Below, piece after piece: positions 51,570 through 61,289 of a DNA stretch of 63,347 nt. How positions within the stretch are numbered: position 1 is the stretch's first letter; each line of letters begins with the position of its first letter. The DNA is from an uncultured Christensenella sp. (GTDB lineage: Bacteria > Bacillota > Clostridia > Christensenellales > UBA1242), in NCBI GenBank assembly GCA_964554475.1, contig CAZKOT010000001.1, positions 1-63,347 on the forward strand, read 5' to 3'. The position numbers and the translations under genes were made by a program. The notes beneath the pieces were generated by a model, which worked only from the letters and a program-made list of their open reading frames with translations, was not told the DNA's origin and made no database searches.

Positions 51570-51770
51570 TTACAAATTACAGTGTAATTTTCGATCTCCT
51601 TTCTTGCTTTAAAAATAATAAATATCACTTTACCTATTTAGATTAATTTTAAATTGTTCTAATAATTAATTATATTATTTCAAAAAATTTGCAATTTATC
51701 CGCTCTTTATGTAAAATAAAAAGAGAAATGAAATACAAAATTCCTAGTTCTCAATTTATTAAGGGGTTTA

Positions 51771-52217
51771 ATGAAAGTAATATTATTAAAAGATGTTAAA
51801 GGAAGTGGAAAAGCTGGTGATATTTTGAATGTTGCTGATGGCTTTGCAAGAAATTTTTTATTTAAAAATAATTTGGCAAAACCTGCAGACAATGTCAACT
51901 TACAAGCAAATTTAGCGCAAAAAAAAGCAGAAGAATTTCGCAAAGAGAAAGAACGTTTGCAAGCAGTAGAATTATCAAAAAAAATAGAAGGAAAAACAAT
52001 TACTCTCTCGGTTAAGTGTGGGGAAAATAAAAAAATTTTCGGCTCTGTAACAACGAAAGAAATTGCCGACAGCTTAAAAAATTTCACAAACACCGAAATT
52101 GACAAGCGAAAAATAATATTAAAAGAACCTTTAAAAAACACTGGTATTTTTAATTTATCAATTAAACTTCATCCCCTTGTCAGTGCAAATTTTAAATTAA
52201 AAATAATTGAAGGTTAA
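51771..52217 (+). CDS. rplI: 50S ribosomal protein L9
   Basis: 148 aa. '[30 protein letters not shown]'. Confidence 0.92.
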   Translation: MKVILLKDVKGSGKAGDILNVADGFARNFLFKNNLAKPADNVNLQANLAQKKAEEFRKEKERLQAVELSKKIEGKTITLSVKCGENKKIFGSVTTKEIADSLKNFTNTEIDKRKIILKEPLKNTGIFNLSIKLHPLVSANFKLKIIEG

Positions 52218-52234
52218 AAACCTTCAATTTTTTT
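52208..52234 (+). terminator. Rho-independent terminator overlapping the rplI stop
   Basis: 'tgaaggtt' / aaa / 'aaccttca' followed by T7. Confidence 0.55.
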
Positions 52235-52339
52235 CATTAATAAGATTTTGTAAAATATGACTATTATGTTTATTCTGATTTGGTAAAAATCATAATATTG
52301 TACTTTTACATTTTAAATTTAAAAAATTAATGTGAAATT

Positions 52340-52750
52340 TTACATCTCGGCTTGCTTTTGCGTAGTAGGATATTTTTGTTTTGATTTCTGAATCCATTCT
52401 AAAACTTGTTCATAGTCTATCTCACCCTTTGCAATACCTAAACCATAGTTAATTATTTCTTCATTAGATAAATTTAATTTTATTCCATTCACTTCCAAAA
52501 ATGTTATCATTGTCAACATACCAACTCTTTTATTCCCATCACAAAATGGATGATTGGTAATAATATTGATTCCTAACCGTGTGCCTTTCTCCTCAATTGT
52601 TGGAAGCAATTCTTGACCCTTATGAGTTGCAAAACAACTTTCAATAGCTGAATCTAACACACCCAAATTTAAAACTCCCGACTCTCCACCGGTTGATGCA
52701 ATTATTTTTTTCTGAAATTCTATTATAGTATTTTTATTAAATTTAATCAT
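52340..52750 (-). CDS. doc: Type II toxin Doc (Fic/Doc family kinase)
   Basis: 136 aa. 'HPFCDGNKRVGM' matches the Doc signature Hx(F)x(D/N)GNKR. Confidence 0.75.
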   Translation of the reverse strand: MIKFNKNTIIEFQKKIIASTGGESGVLNLGVLDSAIESCFATHKGQELLPTIEEKGTRLGINIITNHPFCDGNKRVGMLTMITFLEVNGIKLNLSNEEIINYGLGIAKGEIDYEQVLEWIQKSKQKYPTTQKQAEM

Positions 52751-53007
52751 TTACTTAGCACCTCAAAAGCATATTGATGCTTTTTTAAAATTCTGTTTGA
52801 AATTATTTCAATTTTTTCTTCATCTGTTAAAATCAAAAATGCACCATTTTCAATTTTTTGAATAACATATTTGGGTTTTTTGTCTTTTATTATAACGACA
52901 TGACCATATTTTTCAACCTTTTTCAAAACACCAGAAATATTTTCTTTTGCTTCAACAAGTGAAACAAATTGTTCATTACCAGTATTTTCTTGTTTTTCGT
53001 TTGCCAT
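52747..53007 (-). CDS. Phd/YefM-like antitoxin
   Basis: 86 aa. Its stop overlaps the doc start by 4 nt (ATGA), the classic antitoxin-then-toxin order. The Phd assignment rests on size and position only. Confidence 0.5.
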   Translation of the reverse strand: MANEKQENTGNEQFVSLVEAKENISGVLKKVEKYGHVVIIKDKKPKYVIQKIENGAFLILTDEEKIEIISNRILKKHQYAFEVLSK

Positions 53008-53160
53008 TTTTTACTCCTGTTATTATTTTACTCTATATTCTAAAAAAATTCAATATATTTAAAAAAATTTTATTAGTTATTTTTTTAAAATTAAAATATT
53101 CAAATGTAATGTCATATTTTTTTTATCCCATCAATAAAATATAAAGAAAAGGGGGAGACA

Positions 53161-54666
53161 ATGGAAGAAGAAAAATTTTTGGCGGTGAACAAAAATGAGT
53201 TTGAAAGTAAACAGGTTCTAGTAGAATGCGTAATCAACTTGGAAAATGGAGAACAAATTGACAAAGTATTATCTCTTTCTGCAGATGCATTTATTACAAG
53301 TGTTGAAGTCCTTGATAAAGAAGGTAAAATTTCGGGGGAAATTTATACCTCAGTTTTGTTCCAAACTCCTGATGGTCTAGTTGGAACAATTGCATCTGTC
53401 AGTTCGTTTCATGAAACTTTCAAAAATGATACTTTGGCGCCACAACAAAAAGTTAATGGGGAGGCAAAAATTGTTTCAATCACTCCAACTTCTGTTAGCG
53501 AAAGTTCTTTTAAAATACTAGTAACTGCCGAAATACAACTCATTTATGTTGGAAATACAAAAGTCGATGTTTACAGTAATGAGGAAGAAGGTTTTTGTTC
53601 AAAATTTGGACAAATTGAAACAAGCATTCTTACTGATGACATTATTGTTGACATAAAACCTGAAATTAAAGTTACAGTAAAAGAAAATATTAATAAAATA
53701 CTCATTGTCGACTCCAATGCAATCATTAAAGAACTAACAGCGGGGGCAGGTTTTGTTTCTGTTACAGGAGAAATAAATACTTATTTAGTTTACATTAAAG
53801 AAGAAGGCGTCTTAGCCACATCTCAAACAAGCGATACTTTTAAAGAAGAAATTGAAGTTGCAAATGCAAGTAAGGAAAGTTTAATTGAAATTTGGGCAAA
53901 AGTGCGTAAGAGTGAATTAAAAGCGATAGTTGATAATAATGAAAACATAACAATAACAACTCCCATTGCGCTTAATTTAAAGGTTTACGGAAAACAAGAA
54001 ATCCCTGTTTCAACGGATATTTACAGTTTAAAGAACGAACTAGAACTTGTTAAAACTCAAATTACAAATGTTAAACCTCTATCCCCTAAATTTTTTGAAG
54101 GAAAAATTGAAGGAAATTTAACTCTTTCGGAAAACGATTTACGTATTGACAAAATTTTAGCTCTCAGTGCCCCGAGATTAACCCTTAGTAATTATTACGT
54201 TAATGATGGTGAGGTTAATCTTGATGGAATTGTTCAAGCAAATGTAATTTATTTAAATGACACTGAAAATATTGTAAGTTCGGTTGAAATTGAAGTTCCT
54301 TTCGTTGTAAGTGAAAAAATTCCCGAAGAAAATGGATTAATAAAACTTACAGCACAAGCTGTGCTTTCGGATTGCGATATACTTGCAAAACGTGGTAAAG
54401 AAATTTATTTTGATTGTAAAATTAAAGCATATGTTAATTTGTGGACTGAAGAAAATTTTGAAGTAATTAGTGGAGCAACCGTTGGTAGAGGTTATCCAGA
54501 AAAAGATGCATCAATAGAAATCTTTTTTGCTCGTAGCGGTAACACTTTTTGGGATATTGCAAAAGAATTAAAAATAACTCAAGATGTTTTGGTTAGTCAA
54601 AATCCAACATTAACTGATCCATTAATTGCAGATGAAAAAGTTGTTGTATATTACGGAATTGATTAA
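53161..54666 (+). CDS. DUF3794 (SPOCS) domain protein with a C-terminal LysM domain
   Basis: 501 aa. Repeated beta-rich modules carry 'LSADA(F/V)...V' patterns. The C-terminal 'NTFWDIAKELKITQDVLVSQNPTLTDPLIADEKVVV' is LysM. Confidence 0.5.
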   Translation: MEEEKFLAVNKNEFESKQVLVECVINLENGEQIDKVLSLSADAFITSVEVLDKEGKISGEIYTSVLFQTPDGLVGTIASVSSFHETFKNDTLAPQQKVNGEAKIVSITPTSVSESSFKILVTAEIQLIYVGNTKVDVYSNEEEGFCSKFGQIETSILTDDIIVDIKPEIKVTVKENINKILIVDSNAIIKELTAGAGFVSVTGEINTYLVYIKEEGVLATSQTSDTFKEEIEVANASKESLIEIWAKVRKSELKAIVDNNENITITTPIALNLKVYGKQEIPVSTDIYSLKNELELVKTQITNVKPLSPKFFEGKIEGNLTLSENDLRIDKILALSAPRLTLSNYYVNDGEVNLDGIVQANVIYLNDTENIVSSVEIEVPFVVSEKIPEENGLIKLTAQAVLSDCDILAKRGKEIYFDCKIKAYVNLWTEENFEVISGATVGRGYPEKDASIEIFFARSGNTFWDIAKELKITQDVLVSQNPTLTDPLIADEKVVVYYGID

Positions 54667-54721
54667 AGAAAAAAAGATATTTGAATTTCAAAAATTTAAA
54701 ATAAAACAAATTTAAAACAAA

Positions 54722-54748
54722 CAACGGAAAGAAAACCGTTGTTTTTTA
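54722..54748 (+). terminator. Rho-independent terminator
   Basis: 'caacgg' / aaagaaaa / 'ccgttg' followed by T6. Confidence 0.5.
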
Positions 54749-54843
54749 ATTTTCTATTTGATTGACAATATAAATATATACTTTTATAATAATACTAATC
54801 GTAAGTAATGACTTAAAGTAGTTCATTAATTTGAGTGAGAAAA

Positions 54844-56520
54844 ATGGATATAAAATTAGAAATTGCAAAATTAATTACAATCGAAGGTAAAAACGAAAAA
54901 GAAATTAAAGAACTGATTTCGTTTGCTCCTTCAAATGAAATGGGAGATTATGCTCTTCCATGTTTTTCAATGGCAAAAGAAAAGAAAATTTCTCCACAAA
55001 TTATTGCAAAAGAAATACAATCAAATTTAGTGAAAAATAATTTAATAAAAAAAACCGAAATTGCGGGTGGATATTTGAATTTCTTTTTAAATAGAAAAGA
55101 GATTGCAAAAATGGTTTTAAAAGAAAGTGTTTTACCTAGCTTTTTTTGTGAAAATCTTGGAAAAAATAAAATTGCGTGTATTGAATACTCATCGGTTAAT
55201 TTGGCAAAGTTTATGCATATTGGGCATTATAATTGCACAATCTTAGGAGAGTGTATTGCTCGTCTTCATGAGTTTTTGGGCTATAAAGTAATTAGAATTA
55301 ATTATTTAGGAGATTACGGAACACCATTTGGAAAAATGGTTTTAGCTTTTCAGATGTGGGGCAAAAAAGAAGACATTGAAAAAGAAGGGGTCGCAGCAAT
55401 TCAAAAACTTTACATTCGGTTTAATCAAGAAGAACGAGATGAACTTCTTGAAAAAGCACGTGCCGTCTCTAAAAAAATTGAAGAGAAAGAGGGCGAAGAG
55501 TACTTGATTTACAAATGGTTTATTGAAATTTCAACAAAAGAAGCAAAAAAAATCATTGAAAGACTGGGAATTAAATTTGATGATTGGAGAGGAGAAAGCA
55601 CTTACAACAAACAACTAAAAAACATAGTTGCAGAATTAAAAGAAAAAGGATTAGCAAAGAATAGCGAAGGGGCTGTTATTGTTGATTTAAGTGATGTTGG
55701 CTATGGAGTTGCCGTTGTAGAACGAAAAGACGGAGGAAGTCTCTACTTAACTCGTGATTTAGTGGCAATTGAAGACAGATTTAATCTTTACAACTTTGAT
55801 AAACATATTTATGTAACAGGATTAGCACAGAATCAGCACTTTGAAAATATTTTTGAAATTTGCAAAAGACTTAAAAGACCTTATGCGAAAAAATTACAAC
55901 ATATTGGTTACGGGATTTTTTCAATGCCCGAAGGAAAAATCGCTAGTCGTTTCGGTAAACAGGCTATTTTGGAAGAAATTTTAGAATTTGCAAACAAAAA
56001 AGCGCGTGAAATCATTTCAGGAAGAAAATTTTCAATTGAAGATGAGAAAAAAGTCGCTGATGTTATTGCACAAGGTGCAATGGCATTTTCAATTTTAAAA
56101 ATTGAAACAATTAAAGATAAAGTTTTTGATCTTAAAAGTGCAATTTCTTTTGACGGCGACACGGCACCTTACATTCAATACACCTATGCAAGATGCTGTA
56201 GTTTACTTCGAAAACGAACCCTAAAAGAAAAAGAAATTTCGAATTTTTCATTTTTTGAAAACATAAACGCTTTTACAATTTTAAAAGAGATTAATAATTT
56301 CAAACAAACAATTATAGATTCTTATAAAAACAATGAACCTTGCTATATAGCAAGAAGTATTCTTAATATTGCAAAAAATTTTAATGCTTTTTATAATAAT
56401 GGGGAAAAAATTATTTCCTCCGAAAATGAGAACGAAAAATTGGCTCTCGTTACTATTGTTCAAAAAACACTTAAGTTGGGATTAAATTTACTTTGTATTG
56501 AAACACTGGAAGAGATGTAA
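54844..56520 (+). CDS. argS: Arginine--tRNA ligase
   Basis: The track begins at a GTG at 54835. The ATG at 54844 gives 'MDIKLEIAKL'. The class-I HIGH region is 'SSVNLAKFMHIGHYNCTILGE'. The domain order is arginyl-tRNA-synthetase N-domain, then catalytic domain, then DALR anticodon-binding domain. Confidence 0.88.
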   Translation: MDIKLEIAKLITIEGKNEKEIKELISFAPSNEMGDYALPCFSMAKEKKISPQIIAKEIQSNLVKNNLIKKTEIAGGYLNFFLNRKEIAKMVLKESVLPSFFCENLGKNKIACIEYSSVNLAKFMHIGHYNCTILGECIARLHEFLGYKVIRINYLGDYGTPFGKMVLAFQMWGKKEDIEKEGVAAIQKLYIRFNQEERDELLEKARAVSKKIEEKEGEEYLIYKWFIEISTKEAKKIIERLGIKFDDWRGESTYNKQLKNIVAELKEKGLAKNSEGAVIVDLSDVGYGVAVVERKDGGSLYLTRDLVAIEDRFNLYNFDKHIYVTGLAQNQHFENIFEICKRLKRPYAKKLQHIGYGIFSMPEGKIASRFGKQAILEEILEFANKKAREIISGRKFSIEDEKKVADVIAQGAMAFSILKIETIKDKVFDLKSAISFDGDTAPYIQYTYARCCSLLRKRTLKEKEISNFSFFENINAFTILKEINNFKQTIIDSYKNNEPCYIARSILNIAKNFNAFYNNGEKIISSENENEKLALVTIVQKTLKLGLNLLCIETLEEM

Positions 56521-56615
56521 GTGATTTTAAATTTGGTTTATTTATGGTTTTTATTTAATTGGAAATACTAAACATATTATTTGACTTTGAAAAGGTTTAA
56601 GACTAAAATTTATTT

Positions 56616-59600
56616 ATGAAATTTTCCAATTTATCAAAAAAGAATTTTAAATCTTTTATATTTCTTTTTATTACTTTTGCACTATTTTTTTGTGCAGGAC
56701 TTGTTTTTTATTGTGATAAAGAAAACAGAAACGAAAGTAGCAATAATTACGATTACACTTACACACAAAAAATAAACAATCTTGCTGAAAGTGTAGGCTT
56801 TTCCGCTCCCCTTCAAAGTTTTTACGAATACGGAGGTTCCCCAATTACTGTTTATAATTTTTTGGTTGTAGCGCGTTTTAATGGCGAAGCTGAAAAGATG
56901 ACTTCACAAACAACTTTGGATATGGGAACTCCTTCAACCGCTGATGATATTACCTTAACCCACTATGAATTAATTGACAGAATGTTTAATTCAACTTCAG
57001 AATATTCTGTAAAAAGATATTATCAAGAAATTTCAAATGGAAGATTAAATTTGCAAACAATTTTTGTTATAGGGGAAACCTCATTACAATTAACTCAAAC
57101 AAGGTCCGAATGCGGAAACAAAGATTATAATGGTGGAACAGGATATGATCCAAATGCAACTCACACTTTTGGCGGATACACAGCAAAAGTTTCAGAATTA
57201 ATTGAATACGAAATTTTAAATCAAATTTGCGGCGAGGCAACAGATTTTATTGAGGATTATTATCCCGCTACTTCGGATTTCAATAATGATAACTATATTG
57301 ACAGTATTTCGATATTATTACTTCCCGACCCTTACGATACTTCCATAAATCCGGATGACCCTGGCGAAGTGGTAATTAATTGGGCAGATTTATTATGGGC
57401 ACACAGCAATAATGTTAATTTGTGGGCAATTAACACTTATGGTTCATCTTTTACATCATTAGGTTACGATTGTGATATTGAAAATTTTCGATACACTTAC
57501 AATTTTGAAACAATTGATGCGGGGAAATATATGATGGAACGACTTGATTTGTTTAACCCTAATCCTAGTGGTTACCCCAAAAACAATACAGCAGTTCATG
57601 AGTTAGGGCATGTCTTAGGTTGGCCTGATTATTACATGTATTATGGAACAGGTTGGCCTGCAACTGACTCGGAAGAAGACACGAGAGCTGTTGATGGTTG
57701 GGACATCATGAGTTACAATCATTTTGGTTACCCACAATATCCTTTAACTTATAACCGATTAAAACAAGATTGGTTAGATGAGCAAAATATTGTTGAAATT
57801 ATGGCAAACGGAGAATATTCAATTAAACCAACAAATTATGAAAAAATTGCCGAACTTGAATCTATTGAAGTTGAAAATGATGATTTACCACAAAACAGAG
57901 TTTTTGCTTACAAAATTCAATCTACCATTTATCCCGAACAATCAATTTGGCTTGAATACAGAAAACAGTATGAAGGATCTTTTGAAAATAACGATGATGC
58001 TGTTGCAAGTGAAGGTTTAATTGTTTACCGTGTTGACGAAGGATTTAATGCGGCGGCAGGTTATGAAGATTATCTCTCTGCCGGAAATGTTGGAGCAGTC
58101 CCTTACAATGTTTATGTTTTTCGCAACCAACCGGTTTTACCAATTTCACAAGAATACATAAAAACCCGCTACTCTGCACCCTTAAATTTGGATAACAGCA
58201 GTATGGGAGACGAAGCATTACACACGGGTGTTTACACTCCATTAGGAGAAAGAACTTTTACTGCATGTGATATTACTTGGCAAGATTATCCTTCAGGACT
58301 TTCCCAAAGTCAAATAACATCTTCACAAGTAAGCTTTCCAGACAGTGAAATTGTAATTGAAATTACTTCAATAAATCCAACAACTCATGAATTGATTTTT
58401 CAAATTACGTGGGAAGAATTAGCACCAGAAAGCACAGCTATTTTAAGAGAAGATTTCGTAGATTCAAATCTTTATGACAAACTTTTAGATTTAGCAGGCA
58501 AAGAACAAAGTGAAACACTTTTTTCAAATGATTTAATTGAAGAAGAAAGTCTTGATTTATCAAATGGAAATTACACCAGTTTAGAAGGTTTTGAGCAATT
58601 ATATTTTTACAATCTTCAAGTTGTTAATTTAGCAAACAATCAATTAAATAATATTATACAAATCAATAACATTGCAAACAATAATCCAAATGCAAAATTT
58701 ATCCTTGTGGGAAATAGATTTGTTCTTTCAAGTTTAAATTTAGAAAACGAACTCCGTAATTTAAAATATATTTGGGGATTTCAAAAACAAATTTTTCCTC
58801 ATGAGCAAAATTATTTAAGCGAAAATTACCTAATCAATGCGTCAGTATCATTTTCGTATTTTTGGCATGATAATTATTATTCTTCTTTTTCTTCAACAAA
58901 TCTATCATTTTTCATAAATGACTCATTGGTTAGTAGTTCATTAAATATTCAAACTTTAAATTGCGTTACAGGAACAAACACTTTTGTTTTTAACGGAACG
59001 GGTGAACAAAATTTTTCATCAACTTTGAGCATTACTTTAATCAGCGCAACTCTTTCAAGTGAGATTCAAGACATTGAAAGAAAGGGTGAAATGCCTTATG
59101 TTATTATAAATGGTACAAGTGAGACGGTAACAATCACACGGAATCCCGAAAACATTTCAACCGATACAGTAAGTGATTATTTCAGTGTAATTTGGACAAT
59201 TCAATTAACATCAAAACCTGCTGTTAGTGTGACTATTGAACGTCTTAATTACTTTAGAATAATTGATACAGTTTCTCCCGAAATTACAATTTTAGGTGAA
59301 GAGCAAATTAATATACTCCAAGGCGAAAGTATAGCATTACCAACAAAAGAATTGCAAATTGATGACAGCGGAGAAATCGACCTAGATTACACTTTTATAT
59401 CCTCACCTCTTGGAACTGAAACTAATTATTGGACAAAAACCTATTATGAAATAATTTTTAATAGTGAAACAGAAACCATAGAAATTATTGACACATTAAC
59501 AACTCTTACAGGAAGTGAAGAAGAGGGATTGTATGCTATTGGTTATCAGTGTTTTGATGGCTCTGGAAACAGTTCAGAAATTGTTTATAGACGTGTTTTC

Positions 59601-60338
59601 ATTACACTTTCACTTATAGACACTCAAGCACCAAATATTGCTCTTTTGGGAAATGAAGTAATATATTTAAACAAAGATGCAGAATTTTTAGATGATGGAA
59701 TTAATGTTTGGGACAATTTTGACGCAGATGCTCAACTTACAATTATTGTAAATTTATATGTAAAAAATGATGGCGAATTTGATTTAATTGAAACAAATGA
59801 TGTCAGTGGAATTTATTATTTTAATTTTACTCCAACCATATGTGGAGAATATCTTTTAAGTTATCAAGCAACTGACACCTCCGAAAATGAATCCGAAATT
59901 ATTTCAAGAACAATTCACGTTATTCACCAACCTTTGTCATCATTAGAAATTGAACCCATTAATTACGCCACGCAGTATAAAACGGGCACTAGTGTGGAAT
60001 TTCAAATAGACTTATCACAGTACTCTTCAACTGACTACAATTTTGATTCTATTTTCATTTGGTATGTTAACGGAATAGAAGTTCAACGAGGGACAGAAAA
60101 AACTCTTACTTATGAATTTCAAACACCTGGAGAATACACAGTATCAGTAAGTGTGGAGAATCTAACAGAACTTGGAATAATTGAAATTGTTGACGGACAA
60201 GCATACACTGTAATAGTGGTTAGTTCCACAGTTTTTGAACAATATGGAATATATATTATCGCAGGTGGTATAATCTTAATTGTCATTTTCATTGTTATTT
60301 CTGTTGTAATAAACAGACGAAGAAAATTTTATTTTTAA
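56616..60338 (+). CDS. M6 (InhA-like) zinc metallopeptidase-domain surface protein with LRR and Ig-like regions and a C-terminal TM anchor
   Basis: 1,240 aa. The N-terminal anchor is 'FIFLFITFALFFCAGLVFYC'. 'NTAVHELGHVLGWPDYYMY' is HExxH plus the PDYY of M6 immune-inhibitor-A peptidases. 'NLQVVNLANNQLNNI' is LRR. The C-terminal 'IIAGGIILIVIFIVISVVINRRRKFYF' is a TM anchor. Confidence 0.55.
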   Translation: MKFSNLSKKNFKSFIFLFITFALFFCAGLVFYCDKENRNESSNNYDYTYTQKINNLAESVGFSAPLQSFYEYGGSPITVYNFLVVARFNGEAEKMTSQTTLDMGTPSTADDITLTHYELIDRMFNSTSEYSVKRYYQEISNGRLNLQTIFVIGETSLQLTQTRSECGNKDYNGGTGYDPNATHTFGGYTAKVSELIEYEILNQICGEATDFIEDYYPATSDFNNDNYIDSISILLLPDPYDTSINPDDPGEVVINWADLLWAHSNNVNLWAINTYGSSFTSLGYDCDIENFRYTYNFETIDAGKYMMERLDLFNPNPSGYPKNNTAVHELGHVLGWPDYYMYYGTGWPATDSEEDTRAVDGWDIMSYNHFGYPQYPLTYNRLKQDWLDEQNIVEIMANGEYSIKPTNYEKIAELESIEVENDDLPQNRVFAYKIQSTIYPEQSIWLEYRKQYEGSFENNDDAVASEGLIVYRVDEGFNAAAGYEDYLSAGNVGAVPYNVYVFRNQPVLPISQEYIKTRYSAPLNLDNSSMGDEALHTGVYTPLGERTFTACDITWQDYPSGLSQSQITSSQVSFPDSEIVIEITSINPTTHELIFQITWEELAPESTAILREDFVDSNLYDKLLDLAGKEQSETLFSNDLIEEESLDLSNGNYTSLEGFEQLYFYNLQVVNLANNQLNNIIQINNIANNNPNAKFILVGNRFVLSSLNLENELRNLKYIWGFQKQIFPHEQNYLSENYLINASVSFSYFWHDNYYSSFSSTNLSFFINDSLVSSSLNIQTLNCVTGTNTFVFNGTGEQNFSSTLSITLISATLSSEIQDIERKGEMPYVIINGTSETVTITRNPENISTDTVSDYFSVIWTIQLTSKPAVSVTIERLNYFRIIDTVSPEITILGEEQINILQGESIALPTKELQIDDSGEIDLDYTFISSPLGTETNYWTKTYYEIIFNSETETIEIIDTLTTLTGSEEEGLYAIGYQCFDGSGNSSEIVYRRVFITLSLIDTQAPNIALLGNEVIYLNKDAEFLDDGINVWDNFDADAQLTIIVNLYVKNDGEFDLIETNDVSGIYYFNFTPTICGEYLLSYQATDTSENESEIISRTIHVIHQPLSSLEIEPINYATQYKTGTSVEFQIDLSQYSSTDYNFDSIFIWYVNGIEVQRGTEKTLTYEFQTPGEYTVSVSVENLTELGIIEIVDGQAYTVIVVSSTVFEQYGIYIIAGGIILIVIFIVISVVINRRRKFYF

Positions 60339-60621
60339 AATTTATACGAATAAAATGCGGCAGCATTTAGATCAAACGAAGTTTGGCCGTGTGAGGTTAT
60401 GAGAGAAAAGAAGGTTTAATGGCTAAAATGCGAAAGCATTCATGTCCGCGTTAAAATTTATTGTCTCTCATATCTTCAAAAAACAACAAATTATTTTAAA
60501 AATTTCCATAAATCGTTTGCATTTTTATTTTTATTCTTGTTATAATGTGAACATAAAATGTTTTAACAATTTAATAATTTGTTTGGCAACTGACCTGCCA
60601 AATTATGTATTATTAATTAAT

Positions 60622-60808
60622 TTGTGGAAATGTGGATAACTTTGCTAATTTGCATAATGTTTTCCACATTTTTTTATTTTTTTTGAGAAAAGTATAAATA
60701 TTTAACTATATGAATAAATATAAGGTTGTGGAAATGTGGATAACTTGTACCCGTTAGAACATAATTAAGACTTTATCAAATGTTTTCAATTGACAAAAAT
60801 GTGGATAA
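60622..60808. promoter_or_regulatory. DnaA-box cluster
   Basis: Perfect 9-mers TGTGGATAA (reverse complement of TTATCCACA) occur at 60631-60639, 60735-60743 and 60800-60808. Weaker TGTGGAAA-type boxes occur at 60622, 60726 and, on the reverse strand, 60661. The exact 21-mer 'ttgtggaaatgtggataactt' is duplicated 104 bp apart. Confidence 0.5.
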
Positions 60809-60890
60809 CGTTTACAATAAAAACACTCATGAAATAATTATGCATTACTACAATTTAAAAGCTTTAAAAATATATGTTAATTAGGAGAAT

Positions 60891-61289
60891 ATTATCAATA
60901 TTAAAGAATTAAACCCTATCGTTTTAGCATTTATTGGTGATGCTGTTCACACACTTTTTATTCGTAAAAGTGTTATTAATTTCAATGATACTTCAATAAA
61001 AAATTATAATCGCTTGACTTCAAAATTTTGTAGTGCAGTCTGGCAAGCAAAGGTTTTAGATGAAATTCGAAACACTTTAACAGAAAACGAAAATGAAATA
61101 ATAAGAAAAGCAAGAAACTCTAAAACTAATAATATTGCAAAAAACACAAGTATTGAAGAATATAAAAAAGCAACATCACTTGAGGCCTTAATAGGATTTC
61201 TATATCTAAATAGAGATGAAAAAAGACTGGAAGAAATATTAACTTGTTGTTTAAAAGGAATTGAAAATGCTGATTTCGGGAAAAAATAG
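60891..61289 (+). CDS. mrnC: Mini-ribonuclease III (MrnC/YazC)
   Basis: 'LNPIVLAFIGDAVHTLFIRKSVI' carries the RNase III catalytic signature. '...KARNSKTNNIAKNTSIEEYKKATSLEALIGFLYL' aligns with B. subtilis YazC. The frame is closed by a TAG at 60882-60884. The only possible starts before the conserved N-terminus are ATT or ATC (60891, 60894, 60900), after AGGAGA at 60883-60888. The track's TTG at 61014 would delete the catalytic motif. Confidence 0.55.
   Translation: MINIKELNPIVLAFIGDAVHTLFIRKSVINFNDTSIKNYNRLTSKFCSAVWQAKVLDEIRNTLTENENEIIRKARNSKTNNIAKNTSIEEYKKATSLEALIGFLYLNRDEKRLEEILTCCLKGIENADFGKK

Noticed and set aside
60340-60900. Whether the AT-rich region is the chromosomal origin
   Set aside because: No dnaA, dnaN or rpmH is nearby, and the synteny of mrnC-rlmB-sigH places this about 100 kb from oriC in Bacillus. 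I kept it as a DnaA-box-cluster finding instead.
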